Positions 27,128 to 35,572 of a DNA stretch of 64,000 nt are shown piece by piece. The notes under the pieces are model-generated. The model was not told the origin of the DNA. It made no database searches and saw only the letters and a program-made list of their open reading frames with translations. Both the position numbers and the translations under genes were made by a program. This stretch comes from Thermodesulfobacteriota bacterium (lineage in GTDB: Bacteria > Desulfobacterota_D > UBA1144 > Nemesobacterales > Mycalebacteriaceae), in the NCBI GenBank assembly GCA_965205855.1, contig OZ242184.1:1248001-1312000 (forward strand), read 5' to 3'. How positions within the stretch are numbered: position 1 is the stretch's first letter; the number at the start of each line of letters is the position of its first letter.

Positions 27128-27806
27128 CTCTGGAAGAGTTTATAGAGAGGTTTAGATCTCTCAAATCAGAAGGATGGGTTCGGTCAGAAAGAAAAGGTCC
27201 AACCGGAGTGGGTCACACTTTGGAGAGATTGATCGGATTGAGCGAGAACAACATAGCGTTGCCGGACATTGATGGAAAAGTTGAATTAAAAGCCCATAGA
27301 GTGAACTCAGAATCAATGATTACGCTCTTTACATTTAACAGAGGAGTCTGGAAAATCCACCCCTTGATGCTATACAAAACTACGGAACAAGAGATGAAAA
27401 TGGACGACTGGGACTTTATTTTACAATGTCTCAAACACCCAACAGCTCAGGACTGTTCCTTAATTTTGATAATGAAGCAGTCTGGATTATGCATACTTCT
27501 GGTGAAATTATAGCTAAATGGGATTTTACAGATATTGCGGAACGATTCAGTGAGAAAACTCCAGCTCTTTTATTGGTTAGTGCATTTAGCGAACAACGTG
27601 GTGACACAGAATTTTTCCAATACGACCGCGCCCAACTGCTGACTAACACTTCTGTAGATACTGTTGCAAACCAGATTAAATCTGGCAATATTCTTATTGA
27701 TCTCAGACTGCACGACACAGAAATTATGGCAAGAAATCACGGCACGGGATTTAGAGTCTATAAAAAAAATCTGCATTTACTGTTTAGCAAAGTGGAAGAC
27801 TTGTAA
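27124..27806 (+). pseudogene. MvaI/BcnI-family restriction endonuclease, frameshifted
   Basis: GPTGVGHTLE...ENN..PD...ELKA and IDLRLH...RNHGTGFR. Split by a 1-nt deficit at the C4 run 27360-27363; the joined frame reads KIHP-LDAIQNYGTRDENGRLGLYFTMS. Confidence 0.8.
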
Positions 27807-29149
27807 TGATTCAAGCAGAAGAACAACTGTCTCTATATCTCGATGATTTTTATAATAGAGATTACGATACTAATGACTGGACTTTTAGCAAAGCACAAAC
27901 CCGTCAACTGACACACTGCTTTCACGACTATCCTGCTCGAATGATACCGCAGGTTGCTAGCAAACTTCTTAAAATGTTCGGAGGCAAGTCAAAAGTTCTT
28001 TTTGATCCTTACTGCGGAACAGGAACTTCACTAGTTGAAGGAGTAGTTTACGGAATGCAAACAATTGGAACTGATTTAAACCCATTGGCAAGACTTATCG
28101 CAAAAGCCAAAACCTCATCTTTTAAAACAGAATTTCTTTTAGAAGAAATTCAGCAGTTTCATAACTGGACCTATGAATATCAAGAGAAAACTGAAAAACC
28201 TGAACTTCCCGATGTAAAAAACATGGAATTCTGGTTTAAGCCAAATGTCTCCAGAAAACTGAAACATATAAAAGACTTTATCAACCTAATAGAGGACACA
28301 AAAAATCGACTGTTTTTTCAAGTGGCTTTTAGTGAAACTGTCAGAGAAAGTTCCAATACTAGAAATAGCGAATTCAAACTTTATAGATATAACTCGGAAA
28401 CCCTAACAAAGTTTGACCCGAACGTTTTCAGCATAATGACTTCAAAGCTTTACCGCAACATTGAAGGTGCAAGAGAATTCTCCGCAAAACTACAAAAATA
28501 TAGGAACAAACATTCTGCCAACATTTACGGATTCAACACTTGCGTTGGAATACCTGAAGACATAGGAGCAAATAAAAACGTTGATATTGTTGTTACATCC
28601 CCTCCTTATGGTGATTCTTCAACTACGGTTGCTTACGGACAATATTCGCGTCTTTCCGCCGCATGGCTTGAGTTAGAAGAACCTACACGAGTTGACAAAA
28701 AACTGATGGGTGGCAGCAAGGAGCAAAAAATAAGAACCTTTCCGTCAAAACAGCTAAACAAAGCAATTATACAGATTTCAAATATTGATGAAAAAAGAGC
28801 TCTCTCTGTATCTTCTTTTTATAATGACTTGCAAAACTCCATAGAGAATATCTGTAAAATTATCAAAATCAGCGGATATGCCTGTTATGTAGTCGGCAAT
28901 AGGAAAGTAAAAGGTGTTACTCTACCAACGGATAATGCAGTCAGGTCATTTTTTGAAAACATGGGATTTGAACATATAAACACTTTTACCCGCAATATAC
29001 CAAACAAAAGAATGCCGTTAAAAAATAGCCCGACAAATATTAAGGGAATCATGGATAATACCATGACAAAAGAATTCGTTATAGTGATGCAAAAAAATGA
29101 AAATAGTCATTATCGGAAACGGAATAACAGGGATTTCAGCAGCAATTAG
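27806..29149 (+). CDS. site-specific DNA methyltransferase (N4-cytosine type, M.MvaI-like)
   Basis: THCFHDYPARMIPQV, motif I FDPYCGTGT before motif IV TSPPY, YVVGNR, RNIPNKRMP; adjacent to the MvaI/BcnI nuclease; AT-rich. Confidence 0.88.
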   Translation: MIQAEEQLSLYLDDFYNRDYDTNDWTFSKAQTRQLTHCFHDYPARMIPQVASKLLKMFGGKSKVLFDPYCGTGTSLVEGVVYGMQTIGTDLNPLARLIAKAKTSSFKTEFLLEEIQQFHNWTYEYQEKTEKPELPDVKNMEFWFKPNVSRKLKHIKDFINLIEDTKNRLFFQVAFSETVRESSNTRNSEFKLYRYNSETLTKFDPNVFSIMTSKLYRNIEGAREFSAKLQKYRNKHSANIYGFNTCVGIPEDIGANKNVDIVVTSPPYGDSSTTVAYGQYSRLSAAWLELEEPTRVDKKLMGGSKEQKIRTFPSKQLNKAIIQISNIDEKRALSVSSFYNDLQNSIENICKIIKISGYACYVVGNRKVKGVTLPTDNAVRSFFENMGFEHINTFTRNIPNKRMPLKNSPTNIKGIMDNTMTKEFVIVMQKNENSHYRKRNNRDFSSN

Positions 29150-30362
29150 AATCCGGCAACTCAAACCCGATTGGCAAATTGTTGTTATTTCCGGTGAATC
29201 AGACCACCACTATTCACGCCCCGCGCTGATGTATATCTATATGGGGCATATGAGTTACAAGGACACAAAACCTTATGAAGATCGGTTCTGGAAGGAAAAC
29301 CGCATTGAACTTGCGCGCGGATGGGTAACGGAGATTGATTCTGCAAACAGCCGCCTGCTACTCCATGGGAAAGCCCCGATAAACTACGACAAACTTCTGC
29401 TCGCCACGGGCAGCAAACCCAATAAATTCGGCTGGCCCGGACAGGACCTCAAAGGCGTTCAAGGGCTTTATGATTTAATGGACCTCAGGGAGCTTTACGA
29501 AAATTCCCCCGGGCTGAAACACGCCGTTATCACAGGCGGCGGGCTCATAGGGGTTGAGCTTGCGGAAATGCTTCACTCCCGTGGCGTTCATGTAACATTT
29601 CTTGTGCGTGAGAAATCTTACTGGAACCGTGTGCTTCCTCCCGAAGAGTCTGCAATGGTCAACAGAGTAATAGAAAAAGAGGGAATAGATTTGCGGCTTG
29701 AAACCGAGCTTGAAGAAATTACCGGATGCGGCGGACGGGCAAACGGAGTCGTTACAAAAGACGGAAGCAGAATAGATTGCGGTCTTGTGGGACTGACCGC
29801 CGGAGTAAGCCCCAATAAAACACTCGCCGACAATGCGGGAATCAAAACCGGCAGGGGGATACTTGTTGACCGGAGCTTTATGACGAACAAGGAAAACATT
29901 TTCTCCGCGGGAGACTGCGCGGAAATTATCACCGGAGAGGAGAGAAACCTTCTCCAGCAGGTGTGGTATACCGGAAAGGCGCAGGGCAAAGCGGCCGGAG
30001 AGGCAATGTGTGGAATCGAAACGCGTTACAAACCGGCGACATGGTTCAACTCAGCGAAATTTCTTGACCTTGAATACCAGACATACGGACAGGTGCATAT
30101 GAATGTTGAGGGAGAGGAAAACCTCTACTGGGAAAGACCGGACGGACTTGCCTCGTTGAGAATAGTCCACAATGCAGATGAAGTGATAGGGATAAACGTT
30201 ATGGGTTTGCGCTACCGGCACAAGGTGTGTGAAAAATGGATTGAGGAGAAGCGCCCTCTTGGCTATGTTCTGGACAACTTGAGCGAGGCGAATTTTGACC
30301 CGGAATTTCACAAAGTTTATGAAAGAGAAATCGCTGGGATTTTCAGGGAACAGACGGGATGA
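29097..30362 (+). CDS. NAD(P)/FAD-dependent oxidoreductase (pyridine nucleotide-disulfide family)
   Basis: IIGNGITG, YDKLLLATGS, GGGLIGVELAE, IFSAGDCAE. Confidence 0.88.
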   Translation: MKIVIIGNGITGISAAIRIRQLKPDWQIVVISGESDHHYSRPALMYIYMGHMSYKDTKPYEDRFWKENRIELARGWVTEIDSANSRLLLHGKAPINYDKLLLATGSKPNKFGWPGQDLKGVQGLYDLMDLRELYENSPGLKHAVITGGGLIGVELAEMLHSRGVHVTFLVREKSYWNRVLPPEESAMVNRVIEKEGIDLRLETELEEITGCGGRANGVVTKDGSRIDCGLVGLTAGVSPNKTLADNAGIKTGRGILVDRSFMTNKENIFSAGDCAEIITGEERNLLQQVWYTGKAQGKAAGEAMCGIETRYKPATWFNSAKFLDLEYQTYGQVHMNVEGEENLYWERPDGLASLRIVHNADEVIGINVMGLRYRHKVCEKWIEEKRPLGYVLDNLSEANFDPEFHKVYEREIAGIFREQTG

Positions 30363-31849
30363 TTGACGCGAAAGCACTTTCCTACGACTACAACGAGGAA
30401 GCGCTCGGCTTTGAAAAGCCGGAAACAGCAGCGGATTCGGATTCCACGGCACTTTCAACCGGCGAAAAACTGTGCCTTACCGCCGTTGGCACGGGTGTTA
30501 TCGCTTTTGTTGTTCAGATTTTCGGCGGGTTGTTTGCCGGCTCATGGGCGGGAGTTTTCCTCGCGTTTGCGCTTCCCTGTGCGGGAGCCGCCGGATATTT
30601 CATACTTTCATACAAGGACATAACTCCCGGAATCAAAAACAACGGCGCGTATTTCAACAGTTTGACTTCGCGCGGAACGCTCGCATGGGTGGCGGGCATA
30701 GTTATGACGGGTTTCTACATACTCCTTTACTGGTTTCCCGCATCTCTTGAGGGCGCGGTAAGAATGGTTGACCCGCTTGCCGTTGCGCTGTCTGGCGGCA
30801 AGGCGAATCACTGGTTTCTCTACGGGTTTTTATACACCCTTGCCATTCTCACATTCGGAATAAGAATGCTGATGCGCTACAGGCACAACCTCTACCAGCA
30901 GATACGCACGGTGTCGGTGATGTTTTTCCAACTTGGATTCGCTTTTATAATTCCGCATTTGTTAAAACTTTTTCACCAGCCGGAATTTTACTTCAGTTAT
31001 TTCTGGCCGTTGAAGTACGACTATCTTTTCCCCGGCACGGTTTCATACATTACCCAAAGCCCCGGAGGGCTCGGCGTGTTTTTCATCTTCTGGGGAGCGG
31101 TGATGACCTTTGTCGCGACCCCGCTTCTGACATACAAATTCGGCAAACGCTGGTATTGCTCATGGGTTTGCGGTTGCGGCGGGCTTGCCGAAACGATGGG
31201 AGATCCGTGGCGGCAGATGTCGGACAAATCGCAAAAGGCGTGGAAGATTGAAAGGTGGATGGTTCATTCCGTCCTTGTTTTCGTAATTGTTACGACTTCG
31301 CTTCTATGGGTGAACTCCGCAACCGGCGGAAGTGTATTCGGCGAACTTTCCGGCAAGTTTTCAAAATGGTATGGCTTTTTAATCGGAGCGGTTTTCTCTG
31401 GCGTTGTGGGTGTAGGTTTCTACCCGATTATGGGAACAAGGGTATGGTGCAGATTCGGCTGCCCCATGGCGGCGATTCTCGGAATTTTTCAGAGGTTTTT
31501 CTCAAAATTCAGAATTACCACAAACGGCGGGCAATGTATGTCGTGCGGAAACTGCTCAACCTACTGCGAGATGGGAATAGATGTGCGTTCATATGCTCAG
31601 AGAGGTGAAAACATTATCCGCGCCTCATGCGTCGGTTGCGGAATATGTGCTGCGGTCTGCCCAAGGGGAGTACTAAAACTTGAAAACGGCGCGACCTTTG
31701 CCGACAGATACACAGGAGCGGGAAACCCGTTCGGCGCGTTGCTTGAAGCGGTGAAAAGAGACAACATAAGTGGGATTGTGGAGATGCCGACAAAAGCGAG
31801 CGCGGTGAAGTTTGTCAGAGGGATGAGGGATGCGAGGGTGAGGGGTTGA
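30359..31849 (+). CDS. polytopic membrane 4Fe-4S binding protein (NapH/MauN-like)
   Basis: GKRWYCSWVCGCGG and WCRFGCP, plus CMSCGNCSTYC and CVGCGICAAVCP ferredoxin motifs. Confidence 0.85.
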   Translation: MIDAKALSYDYNEEALGFEKPETAADSDSTALSTGEKLCLTAVGTGVIAFVVQIFGGLFAGSWAGVFLAFALPCAGAAGYFILSYKDITPGIKNNGAYFNSLTSRGTLAWVAGIVMTGFYILLYWFPASLEGAVRMVDPLAVALSGGKANHWFLYGFLYTLAILTFGIRMLMRYRHNLYQQIRTVSVMFFQLGFAFIIPHLLKLFHQPEFYFSYFWPLKYDYLFPGTVSYITQSPGGLGVFFIFWGAVMTFVATPLLTYKFGKRWYCSWVCGCGGLAETMGDPWRQMSDKSQKAWKIERWMVHSVLVFVIVTTSLLWVNSATGGSVFGELSGKFSKWYGFLIGAVFSGVVGVGFYPIMGTRVWCRFGCPMAAILGIFQRFFSKFRITTNGGQCMSCGNCSTYCEMGIDVRSYAQRGENIIRASCVGCGICAAVCPRGVLKLENGATFADRYTGAGNPFGALLEAVKRDNISGIVEMPTKASAVKFVRGMRDARVRG

Positions 31850-32082
31850 AAGAAAGAAAACTGACAGACAAGGAAATTAGGAGACAAGATTTTGTCGACA
31901 ATCAAATATTTGATTTAATAAATAACCTTTTACCGCAAGGGGAAAGTATGGAATGGGACATTGAAATAATAGCGAATATCAGAGACAGCATATGTCAAGA
32001 ACTTGTCAGAAAAGGTTTGATAACCGAAAGTGAATTCTACCCGTATTTAGAATCCCCGCCATTTGAAAAATATGAAGATTAA
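31846..32082 (+). CDS. hypothetical protein, 78 aa
   Basis: AT-rich ORF overlapping both neighbours; plausible protein composition. Confidence 0.6.
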   Translation: MKERKLTDKEIRRQDFVDNQIFDLINNLLPQGESMEWDIEIIANIRDSICQELVRKGLITESEFYPYLESPPFEKYED

Positions 32083-33095
32083 GATCAGAGAATCCCAAAT
32101 TGAAGACGCACTAGTCAGCATAAGTTCTTTAACCAGTAATTTACTCAACCTCAAAGATGAACCGAGATTGATAGTCAGACAATGGCCCATACCCTCAGGC
32201 AGGCTGGACTTGCTTTACACCTACCAAAATAAACTGCTCTTGATTGAGTTAAAAGTAGTCAGGTTTCAAAGCAAATTCCTCAAGCAAATTCTTAACTACA
32301 AGTCTGACCTTGTAAATTATCAACAAAAAGGAAAATTGATAAAGGGCGATATTGCCTCTTATCTGTTATGCACCGAAACCACAAAATCCGAACAATCTCT
32401 TGCAAGAGAAAAAGGGATTTTTTTGACAGAATATGACCCAAAATATGTCTTGAATATTTTCCATGAAAACTTCAAACCCATTGTCTTTTTCACAGAAACC
32501 AAACCGATTGACATAGGGATTTGGAATATCCACTTAATTCACAATCTCCTTTATCTCCTAGAGGGAACAACTTCCATAAAAAAGTTGAAACAAGCAGTGG
32601 ATAATTCCGAAAAAACTTTGCACAACAAAATCAGATTCGCTTCCAAACTAAAATTAATTGACTGGTTGCCAAACTGCGACAAAGTTTCTCTTACAGAATT
32701 AGGCGAAAAATATGTGGAAAACAAAAATAAAGAATTTCCAGACAGAACAAGCGCAAATACTGCGGGAGTTTGTTATGAAAAATCCTTATAAATCATCTGT
32801 AGTTCTGGGAATAGCATCTATCGTTGAATCGGTCTTTGTTCTCTCCAAAAATAGTTATCCGGTTCCAATAAAGAATCTGACAGAGTATTTCCCTCAATAC
32901 TCCGGCAAATACTTTGACTGGAAAACCTCAAAAGCAAAATTCAGTGGCACAAGAATGTATTCCAACTACGCCGTAGACCTGGGGTTGTTGGCAAAGACTC
33001 AAGATACTATTTACCTAACACCAGCAGGATTCCGTTTTACAATACAGATGCAAATGCACAAAAACCTAAAAATGGTTGAGGCAATAAGTTTGTAA
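32072..33095 (+). pseudogene. NucS/DUF91-like PD-(D/E)xK endonuclease with C-terminal extension, frameshifted
   Basis: ESQIED...RQWPIPSGRLDLL...LIELK...Q..Y motif. Frame switches near 32740 (FPDR / EQAQILREF); two overlapping ORFs 32072-32791 and 32712-33095. Confidence 0.65.
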
Positions 33096-33128
33096 ATGTA
33101 CGCCATTTGACACAGAGATACCTCTTTT

Positions 33129-35552
33129 ATGAAAACCGTTGAAATAATCCTCCCCGGTCTGATTTCAGACAGTTTCCATTACTCCGTTCCAAAACACCTG
33201 AAAGACAGCGTGGAAGTCGGCAAACGGGCGACCGTTCCGCTCGGCAAACGGCAAACTATCGGTTTTATCATCGGATCTTCCCCTCCGCCGGAAGGCATAA
33301 CTTTGCGCGATATCATTGATGTGGTTGACGACGAGCCGCTTTTTGACACTAAACGTTTGGAGTTTTTCAAATGGATTGCGGACTACTACATCTGCCCGCT
33401 CGGTGCGGTTATAAGAGCGGCGCACCCGTCCGGACTCGGAAGCATGAGACTTAAAAGGAAGGTTGTTTTAACCGAACCCGGAAAAACGGCTCTTGAAAAA
33501 GGCAAGGTCTCAGGAATCGACGAAACGATACTTCGCGCCCTTGCCGCAGGTGGAGCATCCGGCGGTGAAATCACTTTTGAGAAACTGTTTGAAATCGCAG
33601 AAAACAGCGGCTTCGGAAAAGTTTATTACCTTGAGCGCAAAGGGCTTGTGAAAATTCAATACGATTTCAAACGCGGAGCGAAAATCCTCTATGAAAAAAT
33701 CTATTCCGCTCCCACGGGCTCAAGCGCAAGAAGCGAGGTTTCCAAAACACCCGCAAAACGCTCCATTCTGGATTTCCTTGAGGAACACGGAAAGGTTTCC
33801 GCATCCGGTATAAAAGAGATATTCGGAAACTCCGCCGCCGGACATCTGAAATGGCTTGAAGAAAAGGGAATTGCGGAAATGGAGAAAAGGGAAATAGTGC
33901 GGGACCCGTTCGCGGCGATAAAACCGGACGGCAAACCCGCGCCGAAAATGACCTTTGAACAGGAAAAAGCGGTGTCCGAAATAAAAAAAGGGATGGAAAG
34001 CAAACAGTTTTCCCCCTTCCTTCTTCACGGAATTACCGGAAGCGGAAAAACCGAAGTGTATCTCAGAACTATTGAAGAAGTGATAAAAAACGGCGATCAG
34101 GCGCTTGCGATGGTGCCGGAAATATCACTGACCCCACAGTTGGTTCAGCGGTTCAGAAACAGGTTCGGAGACGCGGTTACCGTTATGCACAGCCTTCTCA
34201 GCGAGGGAGAACGGTTTGACTCATGGCGGAGAATTAAAAGCGGTGCCGCGAAAATAGTGATCGGCGCGCGGTCGTCAATCTTCGCCCCGTTTTCAAACCT
34301 CGGACTGATAGTCGTGGACGAAGAGCATGAAAGAAGTTACAAACAGGAAGAAAAACAGCCCTGCTACAACGCACGCGACCTCGCGGTGGTGCTCGGACGC
34401 ATGGTCGGGTGTCCGGTAATTCTCGGCTCCGCCACTCCCTCGCTTGAAACTTACCGGAACGCGACCACGGGAAAATTCCGCTACCTTTCAATGCCGCTCA
34501 GAATAGAGGGCAGCACACTTCCGCAAGTTACACTTGTTAAACAGGAAAAAACGGTTTTTTCCGGCGCCCTGAAAACCGCCTTGATTGAAAACCACAAAAA
34601 CGGCGGACAGACAATACTGTTTCTGAACAGAAGGGGATTCTCCACCGTTCTCATTTGCGAGGGATGCGACGAACTCCTCTCCTGCCCCAATTGCAGCATA
34701 TCGCTTACCTATCACAAAAAGGAAAACTCCATCAAATGCCACTATTGCGGAATCAAGGAAAAATTTGAGAACCACTGCCCGCAATGCGGCGGAAAATTCA
34801 AACAGATGGGCATGGGAACGCAAATGGTTGAAAACGAGGCGGCGAAAATCCTTCCCGGAGCAACGGTGACGAGAATGGACAGCGACGCTTCGGGTGGGAA
34901 AACCGATTTGATAAACCTTTACGGAAAACTTGAAAAAGGGGAAATCGACGTGCTTGCCGGAACACAGATGGTCGCAAAAGGGCACGACCTACCGGGTGTA
35001 ACGCTTGTGGGTGTAATATCAGCGGATATGTCTCTGGGGATGCCGGATTTTCGTAGCGGAGAGATAACATTTCAGACCCTTACGCAGGTCGCGGGGCGCG
35101 CCGGAAGAGGAAGTTCTCCCGGAAGGGTTTTCATACAAACCTCAAACCCGACGCATCCGAGCATAAGATACGCGGTGGACCAGGATGCGATAGCGTTTCT
35201 TGAAAGCGAGCTTGAAATCAGGCAAATCACCGGATGGCCCCCGTTTTCAAGGGTTGCCGCGCTGAGATTTTCGGGAACAGCGGAAAAAAATGTCAAAACT
35301 GTCGCGGAAAAAATACACGCAAGCGCGATTGAGTCCGCCGGAAGGCTGAAATCTGGCCGTGTGGAGATTGTGGGACATTCCGAATGCCCGATATACAGAA
35401 TAAAAAACCGCTTCAGACGGCATATAATTATGCGTGCGGAGAGCTCATCACTTCTGGGCGCGTTTTCAAAAGCTTTAAAAGAGGAGGCAGAGAGAATAAT
35501 GCCGCCGAAAACCCGTGTTATGGCGGATATTGATCCGATGAGTTTTCTTTAA
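33129..35552 (+). CDS. priA: primosomal protein N'
   Basis: GITGSGKTEVY, PEISLTPQ, VDEEHE, four CxxC, GTQMVAKGHD, QVAGRAGR. Confidence 0.97.
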   Translation: MKTVEIILPGLISDSFHYSVPKHLKDSVEVGKRATVPLGKRQTIGFIIGSSPPPEGITLRDIIDVVDDEPLFDTKRLEFFKWIADYYICPLGAVIRAAHPSGLGSMRLKRKVVLTEPGKTALEKGKVSGIDETILRALAAGGASGGEITFEKLFEIAENSGFGKVYYLERKGLVKIQYDFKRGAKILYEKIYSAPTGSSARSEVSKTPAKRSILDFLEEHGKVSASGIKEIFGNSAAGHLKWLEEKGIAEMEKREIVRDPFAAIKPDGKPAPKMTFEQEKAVSEIKKGMESKQFSPFLLHGITGSGKTEVYLRTIEEVIKNGDQALAMVPEISLTPQLVQRFRNRFGDAVTVMHSLLSEGERFDSWRRIKSGAAKIVIGARSSIFAPFSNLGLIVVDEEHERSYKQEEKQPCYNARDLAVVLGRMVGCPVILGSATPSLETYRNATTGKFRYLSMPLRIEGSTLPQVTLVKQEKTVFSGALKTALIENHKNGGQTILFLNRRGFSTVLICEGCDELLSCPNCSISLTYHKKENSIKCHYCGIKEKFENHCPQCGGKFKQMGMGTQMVENEAAKILPGATVTRMDSDASGGKTDLINLYGKLEKGEIDVLAGTQMVAKGHDLPGVTLVGVISADMSLGMPDFRSGEITFQTLTQVAGRAGRGSSPGRVFIQTSNPTHPSIRYAVDQDAIAFLESELEIRQITGWPPFSRVAALRFSGTAEKNVKTVAEKIHASAIESAGRLKSGRVEIVGHSECPIYRIKNRFRRHIIMRAESSSLLGAFSKALKEEAERIMPPKTRVMADIDPMSFL

Positions 35553-35572
35553 TTTCACGGAGAGAAAAGTTT

